Source: Candidatus Hydrogenedentota bacterium (GTDB taxonomy: Bacteria > Hydrogenedentota > Hydrogenedentia > Hydrogenedentales > JAEUWI01). From it: a DNA stretch of 64,000 nucleotides. The stretch spans positions 72,491 through 136,490 of the forward strand of contig JAXMOL010000018.1 in NCBI GenBank assembly GCA_034669905.1, written 5' to 3'. Position 1 is the stretch's first letter. Every line of letters begins with the position of its first letter. Made by a program: the position numbers and the translations under genes. Positions 1 through 9,039 of the stretch are shown in pieces. Under the pieces are notes generated by a model, which was not told the origin of the DNA, made no database searches, and worked only from the letters and a program-made list of their open reading frames with translations.

Positions 1-1
1 A

Positions 2-1078
2 AAGGTCCGCGTCCTGGGTCTGATTGAGGAACGCGTAAAACTGATAATACTCCCGGTGGGTGATGGGGTCATACTTGTGGGTGTGGCACTGGGCGCAGGC
101 CATGGTCACGCCCATCCAACCCGACATGGTCGTATCCACCCGGTCCACGATGGCCGCCGTACGGAATTCCTCGTTGTCCGTGCCGCCTTCGTCATTGGTC
201 ATGGTGTTGCGGTGGAAGGCCGTGGCGAGTTGCTGTTCCAGCGTGGCGTCGGGGAGCATGTCCCCCGCGAGCTGCTCGATGGTGAACTGGTCGAAAGGCA
301 TATCGGCATTGAAGGCATCAATGACCCAGTCGCGATAGCGCCACATGTCCCGGTGCCGATCGGCTTCATAGCCTTTGGTGTCCGCATAGCGCGCAATGTC
401 GAGCCAGACCCGGGACCACCGTTCGCCATAGCGCGGGGATTCCAGGAGGCCCTCCACGACCTTTTCATAGGCCACGGGACTTGTATCGGCGATGAAGGCT
501 TCCACCGCTTCCGGGGAAGGGGGCAGGCCGGTGAGGTCCAGGTAGACCCGGCGGATGAGGGTGTACTTGTCGGCTTCCGGTGCGGGGCTGAGCCCGGCGT
601 CTTCCAGGCCCTTCGCAATGAAAAAGTCGATGGCATTCCGGAGCCAAAGCCGATTGGACGGCTGGGGCAGGGGGGCCTTCTCTGGCGCTACGAAAGACCA
701 GTGCGCTTCATAGACCGCCCCTTCATTGACCCACTGCTTTAACTTGGCTACGGTCGCTTCGTCAAGGGCAGGCCCCATTTCCGGTGGGGGCATGCGCTCG
801 TCGGGGTCATGAGAAAGGATGCGCTCGAAGAGGAGACCCTGGCTCGCGTCACCCGGCACGATGGCGGCGGTGCCATTTTCCGGGGCATGGGTCGCGCCTT
901 CAAAGGTATCCAAACGGAGCTTTGCCTGCCGGGCCGCCTCATCGGGACCATGGCACTTGAAGCACTGGTTAGATAAGACGGGACGGATATCGCGGCCGAA
1001 AGAAAGGGGCTCTGCCGGGGCCAGGGTGGCCAGGGCGAGACACGTTACCGGAATCGTAAGACGACTTAAAAAAGACAT
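2..1078 (-). CDS. Planctomycete cytochrome c / DUF1549(-DUF1553) PSD1 protein, 5' part (runs off left edge)
   Basis: Read manually from ATG 1078: MSFLSRLTIPVTCLALATLAPAEPLSFGRDIRPVLSNQCFKCHGPD (signal peptide, CxxCH), followed by PSD1-type sequence (e.g. CAQCHTHKYDP near the edge). Absent from the ORF track because no stop lies in the window. Confidence 0.9.
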   Translation of the reverse strand, partial: MSFLSRLTIPVTCLALATLAPAEPLSFGRDIRPVLSNQCFKCHGPDEAARQAKLRLDTFEGATHAPENGTAAIVPGDASQGLLFERILSHDPDERMPPPEMGPALDEATVAKLKQWVNEGAVYEAHWSFVAPEKAPLPQPSNRLWLRNAIDFFIAKGLEDAGLSPAPEADKYTLIRRVYLDLTGLPPSPEAVEAFIADTSPVAYEKVVEGLLESPRYGERWSRVWLDIARYADTKGYEADRHRDMWRYRDWVIDAFNADMPFDQFTIEQLAGDMLPDATLEQQLATAFHRNTMTNDEGGTDNEEFRTAAIVDRVDTTMSGWMGVTMACAQCHTHKYDPITHREYYQFYAFLNQTQDADL

Positions 1079-1312
1079 GGGGGTACAACCTTGCATCATG
1101 CGGCCCGGGAAGGGCTGCGCCATGGGATCAGAGTACACAAGGATGTACATAAAAGTAAACGTGGGACAGGGGGGGATTTTCACGCTTTTTATGGCGATGC
1201 CCATTGGCTACGCCTGTGGCATCGTGGGCATTCCTCCTGCTGGACCCGTCACGGAGCGTACCCGTATTCCTTCAAGAATGGATTCCTTCCTTTCGCGTTG
1301 CGTCCACGAGCC

Positions 1313-1340
1313 ACATTAGTCTAATGTCGGGTATTATAAT
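1313..1340 (+). promoter_or_regulatory. Perfect dyad ACATTAG-T-CTAATGT plus TATAAT -10 box upstream of the DUF2200 gene
   Basis: Palindrome 1313-1327, TATAAT 1335-1340, in a divergent intergenic region. Confidence 0.5.
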
Positions 1341-1377
1341 GTAACAACCAAGACCCTCACGGGGTGAGACTCCAATC

Positions 1378-1728
1378 ATGGCAAAACACCGCATTTACAC
1401 GACCAGCTTCGCAAGCGTCTATCCCCATTATGTCACCAAGGCCGAGAAAAAGGGACGAACGAAGGCGGAAGTTGATGAAATCATTCGTTGGCTGACGGGA
1501 TACAGCCACGCGGCATTGGAAGCTCTCCTCGAAGAAAAGCGGGATTTTGAACACTTCTTCGTAGAAGCACCTCAATTGAATCCAGCGCGTACGCTTATAA
1601 AAGGGGTGGTCTGTGGTGTTCGCGTGGAAGACGTGGCAGAGCCCACCATGCGGGAAATTCGCTACCTGGACAAACTTATCGACGAGCTGGCCAAGGGAAA
1701 GGCCATGGAGAAGATACTGCGGGCGTAG
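1378..1728 (+). CDS. DUF2200 family protein
   Basis: [18 protein letters not shown]...[11 protein letters not shown]...[15 protein letters not shown] is characteristic of DUF2200. Confidence 0.9.
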   Translation: MAKHRIYTTSFASVYPHYVTKAEKKGRTKAEVDEIIRWLTGYSHAALEALLEEKRDFEHFFVEAPQLNPARTLIKGVVCGVRVEDVAEPTMREIRYLDKLIDELAKGKAMEKILRA

Positions 1729-1800
1729 GGTTGCGGAGCGGGAGACGAGCGCGTCACCAAGGCGGAAAACAATGGTCTCATGCAGTGTAAGAAAAACCGA

Positions 1801-2093
1801 TGGTCGTGCCGCGCGATCTTCGCCATACGAGTCTAGACGAGTTTGGTGAAGTTCGTGCGCATGGACCTTATCCGTCGTGAGAACGCTCGAGGTACGTCTC
1901 TAAACGATAACCGCAGCGACCTCATGGTATGGGAAGTACAACCGATGGCCTCCAATCTTTCAATGTATTCCCGGCGAAGTAGTGACTGGCCACCAACGTA
2001 TTCGGAGCTCAACCGCCATCGTGCACGCTCCACACGCACGAACTCGTCAGGACTCGTTGAAACTCGCCTTTTTGGGATCGCGCGGCACGACCA
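1801..2093. repeat. Non-coding element with ~59-bp imperfect inverted arms (copy A)
   Basis: 1801-1859 aligns without gaps to the reverse complement of 2035-2093 (perfect 18-bp outer and 10-bp inner blocks); right arm nearly identical to 57863-57918. Confidence 0.85.
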
Positions 2094-2225
2094 CGCGATT
2101 CTCGCTTATGGCTCGTTCCCACGCTCCGCGTCGTAAACGTTGAATCGCTGCCCAAGCGTTAAATTCGCCCTTCGTATATGCCATAGTACGACAAGTCCTT
2201 TTTAACCCAGGAGTAAGCGAAACCG

Positions 2226-3797
2226 ATGCGCACGCGATACGTTGCACTTATGTTGACCCTCGTCACTATGGCGAGCTTTTCCGCCGCCCACGCCGAACGT
2301 CCCAACATCCTCTTCGCCATTGCGGACGACGCGTCCTTTCCCCACATGGGGGCCTACGGTACCGACTGGGTCAAGACGCCCGCCTTCGACCGGGTGGCCG
2401 AGGAGGGCATCCTTTTCACGCGGGCCTATACGCCCAACGCCAAATGTGCCCCGTCCCGCTCCTGCATTATCACCGGACGCAATCCCTGGCAGCTCGAGAG
2501 CGCGGTGAACCACGTGGCGCCCTTCCCGGAGCAGTTCCTCTCCTACGCCGAGGCCCTCGCCGCGAACGGCTATGCCGTCGCCTCCACCGGAAAAGGCTGG
2601 GGTCCGGGTGACGCGGGCATGCGCGACGGGAAGAAGCGCCAACTGGTGGGGACGCCCTTCAACCAAAAAAAACTCGACCCGCCCACCTCGGGAATCAGCC
2701 GAATCGACTACGCCGGAAATTTCACGGAATTTCTTGACACCAATACAGAAGGCGCGCCCTGGTGTTTCTGGTACGGGGGCTACGAGCCCCACCGGCGCTA
2801 TGAATACGAGTCGGGCGTGAAGAAGGGCGGAAAGCAGCTCTCGGACATCTCGACCGTGCCTTCCTTCTGGCCCGATGATGACATCATCCGCAACGATATG
2901 CTGGACTACGCCTATGAGATCGAATACTTCGACCACCACCTCCAGCGGATGCTCGCCGAGTTGGAAGCCCGGGGGGAGTTGGACAACACCCTCGTTATCG
3001 TGACGGCGGACAATGGCATGCCCTTCCCCCGCATCAAGGGCCAGGAATACGAGCTCTCCAACCACCTGCCCCTGGCCATCATGTGGAAAGGGGGCATCGT
3101 CGCACCCGGTCGCGTCATCGACGACTTCATCAACTTCATCGACTTCGCACCCACCTTTCTCGAGGTGGCCGGTGTAGCGCCCGAAGCATCCGGCATGGCA
3201 CCCATGACGGGAAAGAGCCTCCTGCCCCTGTTTGCCTCCAAGGTATCGGGCATTACGGATTCCAGCCGCGACCACGTACTTATTGGCAAAGAGCGCCACG
3301 ACGTGGGCCGTCCCCATGACGGGGGCTATCCCATTCGGGGCATCGTAAAGGGCGATTTGCTCTACCTCCACAATTTCGAAACGGACCGGTGGCCCGCAGG
3401 TAACCCCGAGACGGGCTATCTCAACTGCGACGGCGGCGCGACGAAGACCCGTATCCTCGACCTGCGCCGTGGGGGAGAGCGGGAGGACTTCTGGCAGTGG
3501 TCTTTCGGAAAGCGTCCGGCAGAGGAACTCTACGACGTGGTGGCCGACCCGGGTTGTATGAAGAACCTTGCGGAGTTGCCCGCCTATCAGAAGAAGAAGG
3601 CCGCGCTGAAGACCCAGCTCCTGGCGGAACTGAAGGCCGAGGGCGACCCGCGCATGCTGGGGAACGCCGCCTACTTCGATGGAATCCCCTACGTCGATCC
3701 CCGAACCACAGGATTCTACGAGCGCTTCATGGCGGGAGAAAAACTCAAGGCCGGATGGGTAAATGAGACGGATTTTGAGTCGGGGCCGCTGGACTGA
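2226..3797 (+). CDS. Secreted sulfatase (formylglycine-dependent)
   Basis: Signal peptide, [22 protein letters not shown] (CxPxR), [15 protein letters not shown]. Confidence 0.93.
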   Translation: MRTRYVALMLTLVTMASFSAAHAERPNILFAIADDASFPHMGAYGTDWVKTPAFDRVAEEGILFTRAYTPNAKCAPSRSCIITGRNPWQLESAVNHVAPFPEQFLSYAEALAANGYAVASTGKGWGPGDAGMRDGKKRQLVGTPFNQKKLDPPTSGISRIDYAGNFTEFLDTNTEGAPWCFWYGGYEPHRRYEYESGVKKGGKQLSDISTVPSFWPDDDIIRNDMLDYAYEIEYFDHHLQRMLAELEARGELDNTLVIVTADNGMPFPRIKGQEYELSNHLPLAIMWKGGIVAPGRVIDDFINFIDFAPTFLEVAGVAPEASGMAPMTGKSLLPLFASKVSGITDSSRDHVLIGKERHDVGRPHDGGYPIRGIVKGDLLYLHNFETDRWPAGNPETGYLNCDGGATKTRILDLRRGGEREDFWQWSFGKRPAEELYDVVADPGCMKNLAELPAYQKKKAALKTQLLAELKAEGDPRMLGNAAYFDGIPYVDPRTTGFYERFMAGEKLKAGWVNETDFESGPLD

Positions 3798-3936
3798 GGT
3801 TTGCGCGATTTAAGAGCGTGATGGTTAAGGGGGTGCCACCCTGGAGACGCAGAATACGTTGCCAAGTGAATAGATTCTGACTGTAACCGGTAGTATCCCC
3901 ATGGGAAGTAACAACACAACCTGGGAGCAATCGGCA

Positions 3937-4419
3937 ATGCGGTTCAAAATTAAAGAAAAATTTTGGGCATTCGGAAACGACTTCTACATCCTCGACGAGG
4001 CAGGCCAACCCGTCTATAAGGTAGACGGAAAGGCATTCTCGTGGGGAGACAAGCTCTCTTTCCAGGACCGGACAGGTAAGGAACTCGCCTATATTTCCCA
4101 GCGCCTGTTGACCATCATGCCCAAATACTCCATCTACCGGGAGGGCAATCTCTTTGCCGAGGTCAAAAAAGAATTCACCTGGTTCCGCAAGCAATTCACC
4201 CTGGATGTGCCCGGGCCCAATGACTACACCATCGACGGGAGCTTCTGGGAGCACGAGTACACCTTCAAGCGGCGGGGGCGCACTGTGGCAGTCGTGTCCC
4301 GCAGCTTCTTTTCCCTCACCGATACCTACGGCGTAGAAATTTCCGACGGCGAAGACCACATCTCTATCCTCGCCACCTGCATCGTCATCGACCAGGTGCT
4401 CCACGACGAAAAGGAGTAG
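3937..4419 (+). CDS. LURP-one-related / scramblase (Tubby-C-like) protein
   Basis: MRFKIKEKFWAFGNDFYILDE...YKVDGKAFSWG...TDTYGVEI; start moved to ATG 3937. Confidence 0.85.
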   Translation: MRFKIKEKFWAFGNDFYILDEAGQPVYKVDGKAFSWGDKLSFQDRTGKELAYISQRLLTIMPKYSIYREGNLFAEVKKEFTWFRKQFTLDVPGPNDYTIDGSFWEHEYTFKRRGRTVAVVSRSFFSLTDTYGVEISDGEDHISILATCIVIDQVLHDEKE

Positions 4420-4425
4420 TGGTCT

Positions 4426-7400
4426 CTACGACGCGGCCAGGCAAACCCCATCTTCGGAGCCGGTGCAAAACTCATAGCCGCCCACATTGAAGATCTGAAT
4501 CATCCGGAGCATCTCGGTGAGATTGAAGGTCCAGTCCTGGGGACTATAGTCGCCCTGATGGACGTCACAGGCTTCATCGCTGCCATTGGGAAGGAATCCA
4601 TCTTCGGTGCCGTTCATACAGCCAAAGCGGTCGCTGTTGAAGAGCTGGATGACGCGGAGCAACTCCGAGAGGGAGAGGGCATGATCTTCGTTCGTGTCCG
4701 CATGATGAAATTCCGCCTCGCCTTCCCCTTCGCCTTCACCACCCACCACGCTGTCCGGGTCGGCGGGGTCCGACCCGGCGAGCACTTCGTCGTAGTCGTA
4801 ATGGGTGTCGCCGTCCCGGTCCAGGGCTATCCGCGTTCCCGTGCCTTCCGGTACGATGGTAAAGACAATGGCCGTGTCCGCATCAACCGCTTCGAGGAGG
4901 TCGCCCGTCGAAATCACCGTGTCCGCAGTGTCGCGGTCAAACAGGCCGTTGCCCCGATAGCGGACGCCCCGTAAGGCGCCTTCCTGCTGGAAGTGCCCCA
5001 CCAACTCGATGCGATTCGACGCGGCCACCAGTCCTGTAAAGGTGTCGAGGTTACTCAGGTCGGTGCTGTCCGATTCCAGAAGGGTTTGTTGGCCTACCGC
5101 CGCATGGACATCGGCACTGGGTTCCCCCTCAATATCCAGGAAGCTCAGCGAAGGTGGATTGGGATCCGGCGGGAAGTCCGAGCCAGAAAAGGCGAGCATG
5201 AGGGCCACCAGATTGGCCAACTCTTGCGCTGTCGCGGTGTTGAAGGCTTCTTCGGAAAGAAAGCGTTCTATCGTATCGACGCTGCCATCATGCAAGAAAC
5301 CGAAACCGGCCAGGCTGGTGGTGTCCAACATATTCATTCCCACCTTTTCATACATATTACGAAGCTGGGCCACCTTGATGGAGCGGTTGGTGGAGCCGTC
5401 GATGCTAACCAGCATGAGATGCTTTTCGCCGCGGGGCCCATCGGGAATGGTTTCCTCCGTGAAGCCGTTCAGTCGCACGTTTGGCCCGTTACCACTCGGC
5501 AGGGAATGGCAGCTCACGCAAGAAACCAACCCGCTGTCGATGCGGCGGTCATGATCGCGATACAGGTTCAGACCCGCCCGGGCGTTGCCATTGGGGAGGG
5601 GGGTACCAGCGGGCACATCCATGGTGCGCGTGGTCGTGTGTCCGGGCAGGGGCAAGGAGGTCGGCAGGCTGTTGTCGAGGTTGCGGAAGGGATTGGGCGG
5701 AAAATGGATGGTTTCCAGAAAGTCCTCAAACTCCTGCATCTCCGACGGGGTGAGCTGAACATCATCCCCCTGCAACCCTTCAAAGGCTGGATTGAAATCT
5801 TCCAGGCCCAGGCGGTCGCCCCGCCAGTGGAAGGGCTCCTGACCGATGATGCCCTGAAAGGTCTGGGTACTCATAGGGCCCTTCATCGGATGATAGGGCT
5901 CAAAATCCTCATTCAGTTCCGGGATGTTGCCGCCCAGATTGCGATCCGTCAGGGGCGCAATTTCTCCGGTCGGGTCACCCAGGTCCCACGAGAGCCGGTC
6001 CATCCGGCCATCCACGTGGCAGGAAGCGCAGGCGATTTGGCCCAGCCCCGAATTCTTGTGGGTGTCGTAGAGGTGCTTGCGTCCCACCTTGATGACCTCG
6101 GGGGTGGGGTCGAAAAAGGGAATACGTGCAGTCTCCGACTCGGTCGCCACGTCCACCACCGACAGGGCGCCTTCAAAGCGATTGAGCACGTAGAGCTGGC
6201 CCCGCGCCTCGTCGAGGGCAAGCCCTGTCGGACCTTCACCCAGTTCCACCGTATCGTTCAGCCCGGCACGGTTGCCGTTGGCATCCACGACGATGAGATT
6301 GTTGGAGCCCATGCCCGTGATGTAGGCCTTCGTGCCCGCAGCGTTCCATACGATGCCGCGGGGATCGCCGATAGACCGATTGCGTTGTGCTTGTGAGATC
6401 CGTGGATTCGCATAGTTGTTGACGTGTGCCTGGTTAAGGTCGGTGTTCACATCGGCGCTCAGGCTCCCGGAGTCGGCCGAAGCAAACTGGACGCGGAGAA
6501 AGGTCCCGTTGATCACCGGCTCAAAGCGGACCTCGTTTGTGCCATCCGTGCCGATCACGGTGGGGTTGCCCGTCACCGGGTTGACCGCGAGGTCCATGCA
6601 GATATTCATGAGACCATCGATATAGTCCACCGTCCGATTGTCCGCATGGATCACCGCCACATCGTGATCCGTCAGAGTCCAGCCGACGGGGCGCCCGGAG
6701 GCGGCGGCTTGGGGCCCACTGATAAATGTGGTCCAATCGGAACCCGTGTCGTCGCGCCAGAACCCGTCCTCATCCTGCTTCACGATGAGGCCTACCTTCG
6801 GCGGAGTGCCGTTGCCGGGATTCTTCGGTGGGAAGAAACCGCTGCCATTGTTGGGGGGCGGATTCACCACGCCATGGGGGGTACTGGCATCGTCCACCAC
6901 GTTGGGGGGGAAGCTGATGGTCCCCGAACCCGCAGCGCCACCGCCGAGGAGGGTACTCCGATTACCGGACTCGAAGACCGCCACGTATACGTATGCGCCA
7001 TCCGGACTGACGGCCATCGCACGGGGATCTTCGCCTGCAATCGGAAGGGTGCCCAACAGGACGTGGGTGGTGGCGTTATAGACCTGTACCGTGTTCACCT
7101 GCGAACAGGAGACGAAGGCCTCGCCGTTGGAACCGGCAAAGACCACGTCGGCGGGCTCGTCAGCGGTATGGATGAGTGCCGTCACCGCGCCGTTCGTGAC
7201 ATCCACCACGGACACCGTGTCGGATACATGATTCACGACCCAGGCCTCGGTGTCGGTACGGAAGCGGACCGACACGGGGTCCAGCCCTACGGGGATGGTG
7301 TGGCGCAGGATGGGCGTGCCACTGCTGAGCGCGTAGATCATGATCCGGTTGTCCGGAAGATTGCAGACGGCAAGAAGCTCCCCGGACGGACTCAGAGAAA

Positions 7401-7533
7401 CGGGGTGGACCGGCGGCGTTTCAAAATTGACGAAGTCGTCCTGTGCGGCCACGGCGTGGCATAAGCCCGCCAACAGCAGCACGGCCCCGCACCCAAGACA
7501 TCGCCCACTCCCCAAGCCCATCGTGTCGCGCAT
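4426..7533 (-). CDS. Secreted YVTN-type beta-propeller + di-heme cytochrome c protein with EF-hand-like C-terminal module
   Basis: Signal peptide; propeller repeats (IPVGLDPVSV, WVVNHVSDTVSVVD); CASCH and CVSCH; DRDGD Ca-binding motif; GEGEGEGE; HADTNEDHALSLSELLRVIQ repeated as QGDYSPQDWTFNLTEMLRMIQ. Confidence 0.8.
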   Translation of the reverse strand: MRDTMGLGSGRCLGCGAVLLLAGLCHAVAAQDDFVNFETPPVHPVSLSPSGELLAVCNLPDNRIMIYALSSGTPILRHTIPVGLDPVSVRFRTDTEAWVVNHVSDTVSVVDVTNGAVTALIHTADEPADVVFAGSNGEAFVSCSQVNTVQVYNATTHVLLGTLPIAGEDPRAMAVSPDGAYVYVAVFESGNRSTLLGGGAAGSGTISFPPNVVDDASTPHGVVNPPPNNGSGFFPPKNPGNGTPPKVGLIVKQDEDGFWRDDTGSDWTTFISGPQAAASGRPVGWTLTDHDVAVIHADNRTVDYIDGLMNICMDLAVNPVTGNPTVIGTDGTNEVRFEPVINGTFLRVQFASADSGSLSADVNTDLNQAHVNNYANPRISQAQRNRSIGDPRGIVWNAAGTKAYITGMGSNNLIVVDANGNRAGLNDTVELGEGPTGLALDEARGQLYVLNRFEGALSVVDVATESETARIPFFDPTPEVIKVGRKHLYDTHKNSGLGQIACASCHVDGRMDRLSWDLGDPTGEIAPLTDRNLGGNIPELNEDFEPYHPMKGPMSTQTFQGIIGQEPFHWRGDRLGLEDFNPAFEGLQGDDVQLTPSEMQEFEDFLETIHFPPNPFRNLDNSLPTSLPLPGHTTTRTMDVPAGTPLPNGNARAGLNLYRDHDRRIDSGLVSCVSCHSLPSGNGPNVRLNGFTEETIPDGPRGEKHLMLVSIDGSTNRSIKVAQLRNMYEKVGMNMLDTTSLAGFGFLHDGSVDTIERFLSEEAFNTATAQELANLVALMLAFSGSDFPPDPNPPSLSFLDIEGEPSADVHAAVGQQTLLESDSTDLSNLDTFTGLVAASNRIELVGHFQQEGALRGVRYRGNGLFDRDTADTVISTGDLLEAVDADTAIVFTIVPEGTGTRIALDRDGDTHYDYDEVLAGSDPADPDSVVGGEGEGEGEAEFHHADTNEDHALSLSELLRVIQLFNSDRFGCMNGTEDGFLPNGSDEACDVHQGDYSPQDWTFNLTEMLRMIQIFNVGGYEFCTGSEDGVCLAAS

Positions 7534-7671
7534 TCAGATTCCCTTTCTGAAGCCAGGGGGCCTCCATCGCAAAGCCAGTTGACCGGCGTCGGGACGGTCG
7601 GAAAAATTCCACCCACCCTTACGACCTCAGCATAGGGAAAGTATTCGATTTTTTCAAACCGAGACAGTTGG

Positions 7672-8769
7672 CTACTTTTTCAGAATGCCCCCACGGCCGC
7701 TGCTGATGTAGATGCCCTGAAGATTCATCCGAAGTTCTTCCGGATTGTCCGAATAGGCGTAGGCGGTTTCCTCTTTGATGAGCCCACTCTTAATCAGGCC
7801 TGCCAGGCTCATGTTAAAGGTCTGCATGCCGTCTTCTTTGCCCCCCACAATGGCCGTGGGCAATTGCTTGATGTTGTTCTCGCGAATCAATGCCGCAATG
7901 CCGGGATTGGAAAACATGAGTTCGATGGCCGGAACCCGACCTTTGCCATCGGCGGAAGGGACAAGTCGTTGGGCAATACAGGCACGAATCTGCATGGAAA
8001 GCTGGGAACGAATCTGGTCGTGCATGTTGGAGGGGAACATGTCCATAATGCGGTCTATGGTCAGCATGACGTTGGTGGTGTGCAGGGTACTGAACACCAG
8101 GTGTCCCGTTTCCGCCGCCGAAATGGCTGCCTGAAAGGTCTCCGCATCGCGCATTTCGCCAATCAGGATTACGTCGGGATCTTCACGCATGGCCGCACGG
8201 AGGGCCGAGTAGAAGTCCTTGGTATCGATATTGATTTCACGCTGCGTAATGATACTCTTCTTATTCGAGTGGAGGAATTCGATGGGGTCTTCCAGGGTCA
8301 CAATGTGAAAGCGGTTGCGCTGATTGATCCAGTCGATGATGGACGCCAGGGTGGTGGATTTACCACTACCCGTCGTGCCGGTCACCAATACCAGACCGCG
8401 GTGCATATCCGCCACTTCGGTCATGGACGGCGGAAGATTGAGCTCTGCAAAATCGAGGATCTTGCCCTTTACATGGCGCATCACGATGCCCACCGAGCCC
8501 CGCTGCATCAGACAATTCACGCGGAAGCGCCCCAGACCGGCTACTCCGTAGGCCAAATCCGCGTCGCCCTTCTCAACAAAGGCTTCGAATTCCTTCTCCG
8601 TCATCATCTCCGCCGCCATTTCCTGGGTCTCGGTCGGTGAAAGATTCTCCGATTCGATAAAGCGGATTTTGCCGTCAATACGAACGGCAGGGGGGCTGCC
8701 CACCGTGAGGTGTACATCAGAGGCACCATTTTTAACTGCGTAACTGAGAATCTTGTGAAGCGTTGCCAT
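7672..8769 (-). CDS. pilT: PilT/PilU-family type IV pilus retraction ATPase
   Basis: ASDVHLTVGSPP, Walker A GTTGSGKST, TLEDPIEF, REDPDVILIGEMRD, AAETGHLVFSTLHT, DGMQTFN; start moved to ATG 8769. Confidence 0.9.
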   Translation of the reverse strand: MATLHKILSYAVKNGASDVHLTVGSPPAVRIDGKIRFIESENLSPTETQEMAAEMMTEKEFEAFVEKGDADLAYGVAGLGRFRVNCLMQRGSVGIVMRHVKGKILDFAELNLPPSMTEVADMHRGLVLVTGTTGSGKSTTLASIIDWINQRNRFHIVTLEDPIEFLHSNKKSIITQREINIDTKDFYSALRAAMREDPDVILIGEMRDAETFQAAISAAETGHLVFSTLHTTNVMLTIDRIMDMFPSNMHDQIRSQLSMQIRACIAQRLVPSADGKGRVPAIELMFSNPGIAALIRENNIKQLPTAIVGGKEDGMQTFNMSLAGLIKSGLIKEETAYAYSDNPEELRMNLQGIYISSGRGGILKK

Positions 8770-8842
8770 GACCGACTCCTGGTAGGGGCAGAATTGCAGC
8801 TTGTGGCCAAACCACGTATCCATAAATCATTGCTATGGTTTT

Positions 8843-8871
8843 ACGTTAAACTGTGTTGGCGTAAATGTCAA
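8843..8871 (-). promoter_or_regulatory. Sigma70-type promoter of pilT
   Basis: Minus strand TTGACA-17 nt-TAACGT. Confidence 0.55.
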
Positions 8872-9039
8872 TGCATTTTTTGAAACCGTGAAAATTTCGC
8901 TCTCAGCAGGGACCAGGCCTGCGTTTTGTGTTTCGCGGCTCGGATGGCAGGGTAGGGCCCCCTTCCCCCAATGCGCTTGAAACGTATTACAATCTACTAT
9001 ACCCTAGGGATGTCATTTTGTTCACCTTACGGGGGGGTC

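Noticed and set aside
56..1324. Plus-strand ORFs 56-742 and 819-1319
   Set aside because: Antisense to the minus-strand PSD1 gene, which the ORF track missed because it runs off the edge.
1801..2093. Retron msr-msd or DGR template
   Set aside because: No reverse transcriptase in the window, and mismatches between copies are not adenine-specific.
1833..2136. Small ORFs within the inverted-arm element (1833-2039, 1843-2136)
   Set aside because: No RBS or motifs, they overlap the repeat arms, and copy B has no equivalent interior ORF.
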